Origin: Sporopachydermia quercuum
Lineage: Eukaryota
DNA length: 64,000 nucleotides
Direction: 5' to 3'
Assembly (NCBI GenBank): GCA_001599295.1
Contig: BCGN01000001.1
Span: 1,984,001 to 2,048,000, forward strand
Below the pieces are notes generated by a model. It was not told the origin of the DNA, ran no database searches, and saw only the letters and a list, made by a program, of their open reading frames with translations. Below are positions 33,075 through 45,267 of this stretch, piece after piece. Every line of letters starts with the position of its first letter. The first letter of the stretch is position 1. The position numbers were made by a program, and so were the translations under genes.

Positions 33075-35807
33075 TTATTGAACTGGTTCTGGTACACCAG
33101 TGGCTCTGCACAGTGGACAACTATTTCTACCAGTAGTTAGCCATTTATCAATACACTCGCAGTGAAAGAAATGTTCGCAACTTTTCAGTAGTCTTACTTT
33201 ATCATCAGCTACAAAATCTGACAAACAGACAAGACACCGATCACCACTATCAATATTCAAAAAATCATTATCTATCTTTAAGGCAGTTGTTCTCAAAAAC
33301 TGANCATTCTCAGACTTCTTTGATTCCAAACCATCCAGTCTTGTTGTGCTTATATCTTNATGATCTTGATCGTGATCCTGGTCATGCTTATGAGAATGGG
33401 TATTGAGTGATTCAACTTCTAAATTTTCCTGGATTTTGATTGTATAAACATTACCAGCTTTACCAACGTCTTCTTCTTTAGCAACTTTAGGTTTCACGTC
33501 ACCCAGAAGTTCATGAATATTCAACATATCCTCATAAGTTGGATTCTCAGTGAAAAGAGAAGGGGCTGTTAAGATAGGGTGTTCTTCAGGGAATGTGTTT
33601 CCAACCACGAAGATAACCCATGAACGAATACCTTGTCCTCCAGTAGTATTACTTTCANCCTGAGAGGAGCTATCGCTCGTCGGTGTAGTAATATTAGTAT
33701 TGCTAACATCTATACTATCTCTCAAAGGTGCAGCAGCATCGTTAGCCGAGCTTGGACCATTAGAAGAGTTCCCAATTTCTGCGGGACTGCTGCTTGATTC
33801 AGTTTCTCTTCGTGATGAAAATGCATGCGAGATTGCTCTCCTCATTCTTGAAGTTGCAGAGTTGCTATTGGAGTTTCTGTCACGTCGGGCGCCAAAAAAG
33901 AGTCCACTGAACAAATTACTTGGTCTTGAGGTATCCTCCAAGGGTGGGGTTCTTCCTAGCTCTTCACTATTACTGACGGTGTCAGAAGAAGTTGCTTCAG
34001 CCGTTGTATGTTCAGACTGTATGGATTGTGGTCTTGGATTTGGTTCTTCAGGTGCAGTGGTTGTCGTATTAGCACTAGTTGTGTTAGTAGATCTATTTCG
34101 CCGATTCATAAACAGATTCCAATCGTTATTGTTATTTGTATTTTCACGTCTTGGTGTGGTTAAAGGTGCATCTTCATTACCCAAGCCATTAGTCACCGGT
34201 CTTACTCCTACTATAACCAGAGGAACCACTTGAGAATTATCAGAATTTGTTGTAGCAGGGAATCTAAATGCTCGGAAGAACGATAGTTGCGATAATGATT
34301 GACCATCAGTTTCCGTCATACCTTGACGCATTTCATTTAAAAGTAAGCCGTTATCTAGACCGTCGATAAATTGCCCGAAAGTACTATCTGTTCCACCATT
34401 AGCACCCCGAGCNCCACCAATCCTCGTTCCCGATCTCGCAACAGAACCTGCTCCTACTAACGTAAGCGCTGTAGCTGATGATGCAACTGCCAATAGTTGA
34501 GATAACATGTTCAATTGCTCTTCAATGTTGGTTGTAGAATTACCACTATCATTATTACCAGTTATGCTACTTTCTCTGTTCGAGATTGGCCTTCGAAGAG
34601 CGGATCTTAAATAACCATCTCCTGCTGTTTCCGCTGAAGAGTTATTGGAAATTTGCGATGGCTCTGCAGCAACAGAAGAACCATTACCAGTAGTGGTAGT
34701 GGTACTATTTGCACGTTCACTCGTCGTCCTATGTCTTTGAGAGAACAATCTATTGAAGAATCCTCCTAAAGTGGAGGAGCCAGAAGAAGAACTTGTNGTT
34801 GATCGTGGTCGTGAACTATCTTGTCCCGGTAGGACATTGTTAACGTCAAAAGAACGAGCTCTTGGAGCCAGATAATGGTCGGAAGAATTTTGGGAGAACA
34901 GTCTGAGTCTAGACCTGTTCCCGTTCCCTGGAGTCCTGCGAAAGGAAGATAGAGCAGACGGTAAAACAGGGTGGTCAGTTCTGGTTTCTATTGATGAGTT
35001 GGCTTCGTCAGTTAGATCATGGCCAGTATAGAGTTCGACTTCATCACGTGATCGTTGGGTTAAGGAATCTTCAAATGACGGATTGAAGAAGTCGGACCTA
35101 GTGCTAGTTGCGTCAGTTAAATCAGTACCAAAGCTGGACCTTCTAGTTCCTAAACCTATTGCTGTTTGAAACTCTCTTAGACTTGTTACAGAGCCCGTTC
35201 TTCTTCCTTGCACGACACCAGAGGAGCCCAGAGTGTTCGCCCTCCCAGAATCAAAATCCTCGGGGCCATCATGATTTGAAGAGCCGGATTCAAGAATTTC
35301 ACTTGCTTCAGTCTCAAGGTCTCGTGTTAGATAACGAAATACGTCAGCATAAGAAGAGGATATTGTGCTTGAAGAATTAAGTCGTCTTCGTCGTCTGCGG
35401 TTAGCATACAACAAACCATCAATCTCAGTTTGTTCCATTTGCTCACCACGGCGAACATTCACTGGGGAATAGTCACCAGAATAAGATCCTTCATTTGAAG
35501 ATATGCTTTGATTTGCACGACGACGACGTCGCAGATGATTCATCAGTGTGTTGATTGATTGATAATTTCTATCGATAAGGTTGTTGGGGGATCCAGACGC
35601 TTGCTCAGAAAGGCCTGGCTCACCAGAACTAGATGATACAGGAGGAATATGAGTCATAGGTCTTAGAGAAGCAGTTGGTGATAATGAAAGAGCAGATGAT
35701 CTTGATTCCGGAATAGTTTCTTGCGATAAAACGGAACGGCTCTCCGTAAATATCGGCTCCAGATCCTCACTCTGCTGTAAGTTATCTTGATGCTGAACTG
35801 AACTCAT
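33075..35807 (-). CDS. RING-H2 E3 ubiquitin ligase with long disordered S/T/N/R-rich N-terminus
   Basis: C-terminal CLVC...CEHFFHCECIDKWLTTGRNSCPLC; conserved fungal blocks LSFFRAFRF, VPLVIVGVRPV and RSWVIFVVG..HPILTAPSLFTENPTYEDM. Confidence 0.85.
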   Translation of the reverse strand: MSSVQHQDNLQQSEDLEPIFTESRSVLSQETIPESRSSALSLSPTASLRPMTHIPPVSSSSGEPGLSEQASGSPNNLIDRNYQSINTLMNHLRRRRRANQSISSNEGSYSGDYSPVNVRRGEQMEQTEIDGLLYANRRRRRRLNSSSTISSSYADVFRYLTRDLETEASEILESGSSNHDGPEDFDSGRANTLGSSGVVQGRRTGSVTSLREFQTAIGLGTRRSSFGTDLTDATSTRSDFFNPSFEDSLTQRSRDEVELYTGHDLTDEANSSIETRTDHPVLPSALSSFRRTPGNGNRSRLRLFSQNSSDHYLAPRARSFDVNNVLPGQDSSRPRSXTSSSSGSSTLGGFFNRLFSQRHRTTSERANSTTTTTGNGSSVAAEPSQISNNSSAETAGDGYLRSALRRPISNRESSITGNNDSGNSTTNIEEQLNMLSQLLAVASSATALTLVGAGSVARSGTRIGXARGANGGTDSTFGQFIDGLDNGLLLNEMRQGMTETDGQSLSQLSFFRAFRFPATTNSDNSQVVPLVIVGVRPVTNGLGNEDAPLTTPRRENTNNNNDWNLFMNRRNRSTNTTSANTTTTAPEEPNPRPQSIQSEHTTAEATSSDTVSNSEELGRTPPLEDTSRPSNLFSGLFFGARRDRNSNSNSATSRMRRAISHAFSSRRETESSSSPAEIGNSSNGPSSANDAAAPLRDSIDVSNTNITTPTSDSSSQXESNTTGGQGIRSWVIFVVGNTFPEEHPILTAPSLFTENPTYEDMLNIHELLGDVKPKVAKEEDVGKAGNVYTIKIQENLEVESLNTHSHKHDQDHDQDHXDISTTRLDGLESKKSENXQFLRTTALKIDNDFLNIDSGDRCLVCLSDFVADDKVRLLKSCEHFFHCECIDKWLTTGRNSCPLCRATGVPEPVQ

Positions 35808-37431
35808 TTCGATAGTTCTTGTGTGTGAGTGTTATATATGTATTGCTATATATAAAGTGGATCTATCAAAAAAGCACTTTCTGGTTAAAATGTGTTTTCC
35901 GCAAACTTCCAAGCCAGTAAATATAAATATTTTGCTCTGAATGGTTAATTTCAATTATATTTTCGTTCTGATCAGCGTTGTTAAGTCTGTTGTTGTTATC
36001 AGGGCTTTACCATGCGATTGTCGCCCTATCAAAGGCAGTAAAGTAGCAAACCTGTTGTTGTATGAATAGTTATCAAGTAGAATACTTCGTTCATCCATAT
36101 ACATTCACGAGGATGTAGATAATTAAACAACTGTAGTCTATTGCAATATCAGATTTAAAGACCAATTCAAACTGTTTTCCTATCATATCAACCTTTGTCG
36201 TAATTTAATAAGAGGAATCCTGGTTGTTAAAAAAAGCAGTTATTATTTCTGCTGAGAAAGAAGGTTTGTGTGCAATGAGACTTGAAGTTAATACCTGACC
36301 ATAAGTTTTGTGTTCTTTATTAAAGGACACAATTAATCAATGAACCGGACCGGATTGATTCCGCTGATAGATATGAAAGAGAAGAAATAAATTTGTTGAT
36401 TGAAGGGAATTGTTGGAATAGAACGTTAATTTTCGTTTACGTTGCAGAGTGAATGATACTGTGGTTGAGGGAGGATGTAAAGTTCTTAGTTATTTGGTAG
36501 TATCAAACTTCTGATTTCTAATTCTTCAGTAAAGTTGCTTTCCTATAGTGAGATTCTGTCAGTCTTCTACTATTGAGATAAATGTTGTTGGCAATAAAAA
36601 GAGGCTATTATTATTATACAATAATTTTGAACTGATGTAATACTATAAAACTACGAAATTGTAAGAACATACGTATATAATAGATGAAGCATGACACTAC
36701 TTGATTCATTGTATGATGTACACAATTGTTCCTTAGTTTTCCGTTCTGATGTATTGGGACAACAATCAGTACGATGCAACAGTTACGAAGATGGACGGAC
36801 CGCCTGAATATAATAAATACTACGGTAGAACCATCGAATATATAATATAAGAGTTATATCGCAATGAATATGCTCTTTGGTATTATAGTAGCTTTGATTG
36901 CGCAAGTCAATGAATGTGCATACATTTTGAGTTTTATCTATTACTAATGAAAAATCGGATTTTGATTAGAAGTGGCACATCAATCTGAATGATTAATAGG
37001 AAAGATCCTGGCAACGTTCAATTCCATGAAATCAGCTGTTTAATTCAGAACGCCTTGTAGCTTTCCTCTCTTAAAAAATAAGCTGAATTCTTGATTTCAA
37101 CAGCATCTTCATCGTTCTTCCTATTTATGAAATAAACTCTATTTGTTCTAAAAGACCAAGCTACCAATCAAGTTATCAGTACAACATTAACCATCTTTCA
37201 ATGACAACTGAAAAACACTACTTCTCCATAAAATTTATATGAGTGAATCCTCGAGTCTTCTGTTCACTTCAAAATCAAAATTCTTACTCTTTATAAGTCA
37301 ACCATTTATAATCTACATCCATCCCTTCTTTCTCCCACAGCCTGCGAATTATCAACGTTGCCCTGCGCCCTTCCCTTATCATCAATTACCTAATTGAACA
37401 GTCTAATTGAATACTTGAAACAAGAGTTACC

Positions 37432-37514
37432 CACGTGACAAGTTTACACCCAAATCACATGACCATATTTTTATTATCCACGTGACATATTTCATATAAC
37501 GCGATTTTCGCGTT
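37432..37514. promoter_or_regulatory. TOF1 promoter: two Cbf1-type E-boxes and an MCB/SCB-like inverted pair
   Basis: CACGTGAC at 37432 and 37479, TCACATGAC at 37455, and AACGCGA-TTT-TCGCGTT at 37498-37514, about 235-315 bp upstream of the ATG. Confidence 0.6.
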
Positions 37515-37747
37515 CATTAACTAACTCTTCATAACATGGCTGATTGAATCTGAGCGTAATGACGAGATAATTCAACTATTAAGTTGACTACGCAAACTTC
37601 ACAAGAGACCAAATTAACACCAGAACAGATGCTATCCGGTGTTGGACATTTTGATGCGTAACTCTGAAGACTTGCTATTATTTAGATAGAAACAGCAAAA
37701 GGAGCTCAATTAGTGCTTACCAGGAGATAGCAGGTTGCGTAGTCATC

Positions 37748-40700
37748 ATGACTGAGGTTATTGATCTGGNAACTAATCATGATCACCGAGATCCATTAGG
37801 TGAATCTACTGAAACGAGAACCCTTCTACGGAATCCTTTAGACAACATTGGAAATTATGAAGAGGCTTATTATGATGGTTCAGTTGATCCAGTGATTAAA
37901 GCTCATATAACATCTTTGGTTGTAGCTGTCGGTGGTCCTGACTATTCTTTACCTAATGCACCTTACACTCTCGGCGTGGATGCTCTCAATTGTTTAAAAG
38001 ATATAAGGAAATGGTTGAAAGCCCATGATGACCGTAATAATAGATGGGATGTTGCTCGAGCGATCTCTGAAACTGAATTGGTTTCTGATTTAATCCAGAT
38101 TCTCTACTTATGGGACAGTAATCCTAGGCCAACGAAACATCTTTCAAGAATTGCTTTGGCATGTTTGGAACTATTAGTTCCATTAACTTGGCCACTAGAA
38201 ATCGTGCCTAATGTTACCACCCCAAATCAAATTAAGCATTTCTCACATTTAAAAGCTGCACAGTTAAGGTACAAGAAGCTGTTGTTGAACACATCAGTCA
38301 TATTGAAGGCAATTGTAAGATTATCATTACCTTCAATTGCTTTGGATAAAACTGAAAGAACTGGAAGAGACTATGGTATTATTAAGTTAGTTATATATTT
38401 CTTCAGAAATATTTGCATTATTGAACCAAGTGATGAAGTTATCAAACTGAGAACTATTGGCGATAAGAAAGCCAAAAAATTCAGTGGTCCAGCGTTAGGC
38501 AATACCCTTGAAGATGTATCGCCTGAAGATGTATCATTTGATTTAATGATAGATCAATTTGATAAACAGAACATTCTTGATTTTTTTCTAACGCTCTGTG
38601 GATCAATGGGCACAGAATTTGACTCAGATTTATTAGGATTAGGATCTTTGGAATGTATTTTCTATCTAATCAAAGGTATAAATCCAACTGATCTATATAA
38701 ATCTTCAAATGAAGCTTTTGATGAAGTAGGATCAAACCTACTTAATCAGAGAGTAAGAAGAAATATTCACACTAGTAGTAAAGGAGATACCAATGATAAG
38801 ACAGCATCACTTGAGCAAATAAATACATCAGAAGCTTCAGAGTTGCAATCATTATTGAAGAAAGAGCACATAATGAAGACTCAAATGCTAAAAGAGTTAC
38901 CAAGTAGACATAATAGATTTGGTACCCTTTTATCGTTGCAGCTACCTCAACAAGGCAGATTAACGATTTCTGGTCAAGAAGCGTTGAAAAGCTCTGAAAA
39001 AGCTCTATCAGTATTTGATAACTCTAAAACTTGGCGTAAAGCTGAACGTCAAGTTATTGAAACTGATACTGGTATGAAACGTGATATTAAGATTGGTAAA
39101 AATTCTTTGATAATTATGAAAAGTTTTGTGAATAACTTTCTTGATGGTGCCTTCAATCCTCTTATCAAATTCATCGAAAGACTGATCACATCTGAAGTTG
39201 AGCAATTATTACCTATAAATAAAAGACAATTCTTACTAGTGCTTGGCTGGTTTCTTGAAGCCGAAAGACATCGGAAATACTATAAGAAAAATCAAGAAAC
39301 CAGGAGTAAGCAGTTGAACGAAGGGAATGCTGATGACTTAGATTTAGACCTGTCCACTCTTGCAACTTCAAACGTGGATGGCATAGAATCATCAACTGAT
39401 GATTTTGGATTGATTGCTGAAGCCTTGAATCAAACTTCTTTCACTATTATAATGAATCTTATGAGAACCAGTTTTGAATTGAGTGATTGGAACTTACTTT
39501 TATCAAGTTTAGTTGCTTTCAAAGAAGTTATACAAATAATTCTATATATTCAATCTGATCCAAACTCAAATGATGAAGATAAAGAGAATGCTGATATTCT
39601 GAAATTGAAACTGTTTGGGTCTTCAGACATCTATATGGATTTAATCACCAATGTTTCAAAAAGTGCTTTCAAACATTCGTTGAATTATATTGATACTGTT
39701 ACTGAGTTAATCCATTTATTGTTCAAAGCTTTAGAGCAGTATGCAAAGGAAGATACTGTTTTATTCATTAGAACTAATAGGAGAAGGAGAAGAAAGAGAA
39801 AAGATAATCCTACTAATTCGAATATTCCTGTACTGAATGAAGAATATGAAAATGATTTAGGGGAATCTGATGTTGAAGAGGAAACCAATCGTGCCAACGA
39901 ATTAGCCAGAACTCGTAAATTCAATTATACAAGTTTTGAGAATAAGTTTATTCATAATGGCACTATCGAGACTTTCAAAGAATTCCTGTCTCATTATAAA
40001 GAGTTATCGGCTGCTCAAATCATAAGAAGTATAAAGTTTTTTCATAGAGTATTTGTTAAACGTCAAGCTCATATCTACCTTTTCAAATTAGATTTCCTGA
40101 TCCTGTTTCAAAAACTGCTATTAGATTTACANTCAGGTTCACTTCTAGCAACAGGAATCTCATCATCAGCGACAACATCATCTTTATCAGCATCAAATGA
40201 GCGACTTCTACATTTATCCTCAAAGTCTGCTAGAATCGAAGTTGAAAAGTTTATTAAATACTATATAAAGAAACTGACAAATAATCTATTGATTGTCCCG
40301 GAATTATACGTTGAATTGCTATTTACCAAATTACCATCAACGATATATTATCTTCAAAATGGTCATCAAGAGCCAGAAAAAAGCGCCGGTAATGGATCAG
40401 GATCAACTTATGGAATGGCGAAAGATTTGAGATTTGCTGAAGAGATTGAAGAATTAGAAGATAAAATCAAAGTGATCGTTGCTTTGATGATTGACCATGA
40501 AGAACGGGAAACTGTCATTGAAGTTCTTGATAATTTGAGTGAAATATTAATCAAAAGGAGATCCTGGAAATCATTTGATGATTCAAATTCAATTTCAGCT
40601 TCAACTTCAAACTTAACTGATTTATCTACTTCTGCTACCAACACATCTGGTGAGCCGCCAGTTGAACTATTCATTGGTAAAGATAATAAGAAAATCTATA

Positions 40701-42052
40701 AAGACGCACGACTAAGACTACTACTAAGTACCTGTGGTTATAAAGTACCTGATACTAATAAAGGCAAATGTACGTTAGACTTAACAGTGTCAATTGAACA
40801 GTTAGAAGCAAGGATTGACTTGATGAAGAGATTCCTTAACCAGAGTGTTGATTTTGGTGAAAACCGGATAGCTGATGACTTCGTCCATCGTAAGGAAGTA
40901 TTTAAGTTACCTAAGGTAAGAGAGAGAATTGGCCGAAGAAGAGATGAAGATTTGAATGGTGAAGAAGAGTTGACTGGATTCTTAGCGAATGAAGAAGATG
41001 ATGGTAGTGAGAGTGATAGTGATGGCGATGGTAATAAAGGAGACACCGATAGTGGAGATGAAGCTGATAATGATATTCTTGATGAATTAGAGGGATCCAT
41101 TGAAAATGGTGAAAGACATAAACAAGGACATAATAGCAGTCGAAAGAAATCGAAGAAGAAGAAGAAGCTTAAGAATAAGCACTACAAGAAGAGCAAACAT
41201 AGAAACCACGATCACGAGAAAGAAGCATTGCGAGAATTAGAAAAACAGAAAGCCCAAGCCAAGATCAAATCATCGATGTACGTTGATGACTCTGATGACG
41301 AATCAGATAACGAACATAATAGGGCGTTCTTCGAGAAAGAGGAGAAACTAAGAAAATTAGTTACCGCTGGTGCTCATAAATTATCATCAAATGAATTGCA
41401 GGCCCATTGGGCTTCAATTCTGAATGATAATGATAATATCGATGATGTATTATCTGTCATCAAACAGAGTGGTAACGGTGATGATACTGGTGCTGGTAGT
41501 GATATGAATAGTCAATCTTTTTCTCAACTTCCCTTACAGTCCCAGATTTTGAATACTCAGATTCAAACTTCATTTACCGAAGAAGAAGAACAAGAAGAAG
41601 AGGTAGAGGGAGGAAAAGGAGATGGTGATAGTAATGATGTTCACAGTGCAGTTAGTACTAGTAAAGGTACGTTTTCTAAGAAGAATCACCTTGTTATATT
41701 TTCCGATGATGATGAGGAAGAAGATAATAATGAAAACGATAATGAAACTGAAGGTTCGCAGCTAACAGATTTACCTATCAATAGTGAGAAACTATTGGTG
41801 AAAATTGAAACTGTGAATAAAAATAAAAAGACAAACAATGAAAATAGAGACGATGAAGATAATAATATTAATCATTCTGATGATTCTGATGCTGACCGAC
41901 AGGAAGATCAAACGATGAAAGAGAACAAGAACACAGAGAGTGAAATTGTTAACATTGCATTTTCTCATATTCTCTCTACCAACTTAGAAGAAGAGGAAGA
42001 CTACGATGATGAAGAAGCCATTATAGTTAAGAGAAGAAAGCTGACTGCTTGA
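37748..42052 (+). CDS. TOF1: Replication fork protection complex subunit Tof1 (Timeless)
   Basis: HITSLVVAVGG, DALNCLKDIRKWLK, LACLELLVPLTWP, SRHNRFGT, FLDGAFNP, FFHRVFVKR, C-terminal KSSMYVDDSDDESD..FFEKEEKLR; acidic tail. Confidence 0.95.
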   Translation: MTEVIDLXTNHDHRDPLGESTETRTLLRNPLDNIGNYEEAYYDGSVDPVIKAHITSLVVAVGGPDYSLPNAPYTLGVDALNCLKDIRKWLKAHDDRNNRWDVARAISETELVSDLIQILYLWDSNPRPTKHLSRIALACLELLVPLTWPLEIVPNVTTPNQIKHFSHLKAAQLRYKKLLLNTSVILKAIVRLSLPSIALDKTERTGRDYGIIKLVIYFFRNICIIEPSDEVIKLRTIGDKKAKKFSGPALGNTLEDVSPEDVSFDLMIDQFDKQNILDFFLTLCGSMGTEFDSDLLGLGSLECIFYLIKGINPTDLYKSSNEAFDEVGSNLLNQRVRRNIHTSSKGDTNDKTASLEQINTSEASELQSLLKKEHIMKTQMLKELPSRHNRFGTLLSLQLPQQGRLTISGQEALKSSEKALSVFDNSKTWRKAERQVIETDTGMKRDIKIGKNSLIIMKSFVNNFLDGAFNPLIKFIERLITSEVEQLLPINKRQFLLVLGWFLEAERHRKYYKKNQETRSKQLNEGNADDLDLDLSTLATSNVDGIESSTDDFGLIAEALNQTSFTIIMNLMRTSFELSDWNLLLSSLVAFKEVIQIILYIQSDPNSNDEDKENADILKLKLFGSSDIYMDLITNVSKSAFKHSLNYIDTVTELIHLLFKALEQYAKEDTVLFIRTNRRRRRKRKDNPTNSNIPVLNEEYENDLGESDVEEETNRANELARTRKFNYTSFENKFIHNGTIETFKEFLSHYKELSAAQIIRSIKFFHRVFVKRQAHIYLFKLDFLILFQKLLLDLXSGSLLATGISSSATTSSLSASNERLLHLSSKSARIEVEKFIKYYIKKLTNNLLIVPELYVELLFTKLPSTIYYLQNGHQEPEKSAGNGSGSTYGMAKDLRFAEEIEELEDKIKVIVALMIDHEERETVIEVLDNLSEILIKRRSWKSFDDSNSISASTSNLTDLSTSATNTSGEPPVELFIGKDNKKIYKDARLRLLLSTCGYKVPDTNKGKCTLDLTVSIEQLEARIDLMKRFLNQSVDFGENRIADDFVHRKEVFKLPKVRERIGRRRDEDLNGEEELTGFLANEEDDGSESDSDGDGNKGDTDSGDEADNDILDELEGSIENGERHKQGHNSSRKKSKKKKKLKNKHYKKSKHRNHDHEKEALRELEKQKAQAKIKSSMYVDDSDDESDNEHNRAFFEKEEKLRKLVTAGAHKLSSNELQAHWASILNDNDNIDDVLSVIKQSGNGDDTGAGSDMNSQSFSQLPLQSQILNTQIQTSFTEEEEQEEEVEGGKGDGDSNDVHSAVSTSKGTFSKKNHLVIFSDDDEEEDNNENDNETEGSQLTDLPINSEKLLVKIETVNKNKKTNNENRDDEDNNINHSDDSDADRQEDQTMKENKNTESEIVNIAFSHILSTNLEEEEDYDDEEAIIVKRRKLTA

Positions 42053-42452
42053 TAAATGTTATTCCTTCGATTACAAGAATTGTATATGAAAATCATGACT
42101 GAGAATGCCCATGGAGTTGATAATGCCTAGCTATTTGTTGATCATATTTTTTTTCTTCTTTCTATCATTAAATAGAAATTGCAAAGTTCGAATTCCAAGA
42201 AAAGATGTAGAAGTAAGAAAGTTTTGAAATAGAGTAGTTTTATAATTGCTATTATTATCACTGCCATATTGTCTATTATATGTCATTATAATTGTACTTG
42301 TAACATATTATTACCTCGTAAAACTTGATCTTCATTGGAGAATCTACGTATTAATGCAGCGGTCATGAGCTCTGTCATGAAGGTAGATCCCAGCTTCAAG
42401 GTCTACCAGATACTTGATAGGAACCTGTTTAAGACAGAAGACATAGAACACC

Positions 42453-42504
42453 TAAATACATAAATACATAAATATATAAATATATAAACATATAAATATA
42501 TAAA
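42453..42504. repeat. 8-bp minisatellite (TAAATA[C/T]A)n, about 6.5 copies
   Basis: taaataca taaataca taaatata taaatata taaacata taaatata taaa, between the convergent 3' ends of TOF1 and AVT2. Confidence 0.8.
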
Positions 42505-42625
42505 CCTGACTACTCTATGAACAAAGTTCTACCACCTGTGGTGTCCTGTGCTCGTTCTTATTGTTATTCTTCACCTACAACACAATTTACATCATCACAT
42601 TTCAATTCTATTAGTAAATAACGTA

Positions 42626-44458
42626 TTATACAACACAATGCTCATCATTATCTGATTTACCCAAGTTGACGAGAGTCATAGTCGTTGACGTAACCATAAC
42701 AATAAAACCAAAGCAAACACAACAATAACAACCAATTTGCTGTTTAAAACTTCTATTTGATAATTTCATGTAACACAACGGCGGTAAAATATATGCTAAT
42801 ATACAAGCAGAAGAGGCACCAGCTAATTCAAGAATTGCTCCTAAATTACAAGTAATCAATGCTACTGTCATTGATATCAATACCAATATTGTTGTTATGA
42901 CAAAATGATGAACTTTTGGTAATGAATCCATACCAAGGAAATCTTGAATAACAGCTCGACAGACAAATATTTCTAGTGGTAGTGTAGTTAACATGTTCAA
43001 CCCAAAACAAAATCTTGCAATATTCGCCCAAAAATCATTTGCTGGGAAGTTATTCAAAATGTTGCCTTTCGTATTTGATTCGAATACTAGGAATCCAGAA
43101 AGAGCCATTATCAAACAAGCAATCATTGATATAAATGTGGAAAGATGTGTTACTATGGCAAATCTATCAAGAGTAGGCTTTTTTAATGCTCCATAGATCA
43201 GTAAGGAGTTATGGTGGCAAACAAATGCTATAGAAAATAGTTAGTAGATGAGATGCATAATTCATAGCATGCTATACGATTCCCCGCGTTGACAACATGA
43301 ATTCTCTAGTGGATGAATGATTGACACTTACCAAATGAAATAACGGAAACAGCCTGAAATATTCCTTTATTGATGAAAATACTGTGGAAAGGTAATGTTC
43401 CTTTTAAGTCATCAGGTAATTGCGGTCCTCTTATAGCAACAATTAGTATGATGACAAGCATACTAATGAGAGCAAGTCCACTAGCTCCTGCAAGCTGTTA
43501 TTTTGTTAGTTTGTAGTTGATATAATCGGATATGATAGTAACAAATATGATGATTAGTAAGTAAATAAGTTCAATTAACATGTTAATCTCCAAAAATTCA
43601 TCAAGCATGAACATTCATCATTCATTCAGCTAAAAGAACGACATTAACAACATAACATACCTTTGAGATGTCTCTATTAAGTGATAAAGGATAAGAAACC
43701 CCCATAGTAAATAATACAATTATAGGATTTCTCATCGATAATATTTTTAAAACAGGAATATTTTTCAATCCTGGTATAAATGCATTTATAACATGGGGAA
43801 TAGTATCACCAATAATCACGCAGAATGCCATTGAACCACCAAATGCAAATGCGCCTTGCGCTAATAATACAATTGTTCTGCCTACTCTTCCGTAACATTT
43901 TGATACAGTTCCTTGATAAGTATCAGCTCCTGAAAGTTTAGCATTAATAACAATAAGCCTGATCGTCCAATCTATAACAAAAGTCAAGACTAATAGGAGG
44001 ATCACACCTGCCATGAGCCCAGATTGAAGTATTGCATATGGTTGTCCAATAATTCCTGCTCCAATAATACTATTGGCCATGTTCATGAAAGCCATATATA
44101 TATTACTTTTGTTATCTTCTTCCGTTAATGCTGATAGTATGGGATTATCAACTGCCGAAGAACCAAGGAGATATTCAGGCTCATCAAACGATAGTGAGCT
44201 CAAATCGTCAAATGTATCCAAAGACGTCCTGTTAAAACTGTTTGAATCATTGCTATTCTCATCATCTTCGTCATCGGCAACAAGAGATTCTAACGATAAA
44301 TTTGACGAACTGTAAGCATCACTGGCATTAGAGTACGCGATTGAACCAGTCCCCGTAGGAGATTCAATGTCAGTGTGTGAATGGGATGATTTGCTTGATT
44401 GACCTTCTATTGTAGAGCTATTCTCACCTAGCTGAGACTGTATGAATTCATAGGACAT
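42626..44458 (-). CDS. AVT2: AVT-family (SLC38-like) amino acid transporter Avt2, 3 exons
   Basis: Exons 44458-43661, 43494-43332, 43227-42626 (donors GTATGT, GTAAGT). AFMNMANSIIGAGIIGQPYA, YPLSLNRDISK|LAGAS, ISF|AFVCHHN, ARFCFGLNMLTTLPLEIFVCR. Confidence 0.92.
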
Positions 44459-45267
44459 TGTTAGTTATCTCATTTAGTAGCTATTATTAGAAGAATAATG
44501 TACTTGTGTGCCATTATGTTCTGTGGTAGATGTCCCAGTGATGTGTATAGCAGGTGTATGAAAAAGAAGCGAACACTGGTTGAAATTTGAGCTTTCACCG
44601 ATTTTTCAACAAGTAAGAGAACAGAGTATTTACTTTTTGCCGCGACTGGTTTCAATAGAGACCTCTACGCAACTTCACCTTTCATCTTGGAGAGTTCTTC
44701 ATAGAGATTTCCAGCAATGAATGCACAAGCAATGAAGCCATCAAATTGCTTGGAACAACAGACACCGTACATAGAAACAGGAGGAGATGTGATGTAATGA
44801 AAAGGCTTTTGTCTTGTTAGATGAATACGTGATCAGATACATGGGAAGAAGATCACAAATTGTTCATATAGAGCAATTGATAATGTGTGAGAAAAGAGTA
44901 AGAAAACGTTGAAACTTTTAGGAAAATAAAAAGCTAGGTAGTTGGAGCAAATCTAATATATTCTCTTGAAAATAGTTGATAATATTAAAGCGTTATGTAT
45001 TTAAATGCTGTATACAAAACTGTTTTGTATCGTATTTGGGAAGGTAGATAAAGTTCAAGGGCATGATACCAATTCAATCCCTTTACTTTCCCCGTCATCA
45101 TCACCATCTCATTGTCTCATTCTTCTTAACAATAGGAAGTCGTAGATAATATTTGCGATTATCTACCTAGCATTCAAATACCAGAATTTATTATGTGCTG
45201 TAAAGGGTTGAAAACCCTGCAAAGTAGTTTTATTCCGTTGTCAAACAAATCAGATCAGTGAACAACA

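Noticed and set aside
44422..44514. Possible extra upstream AVT2 exon (ATG GCA CAC AA|GTACAT) with ACTAAC just before ATG 44458
   Set aside because: The donor is weak and none of the nearby acceptors gives a matching frame; 44458 was kept as the start.
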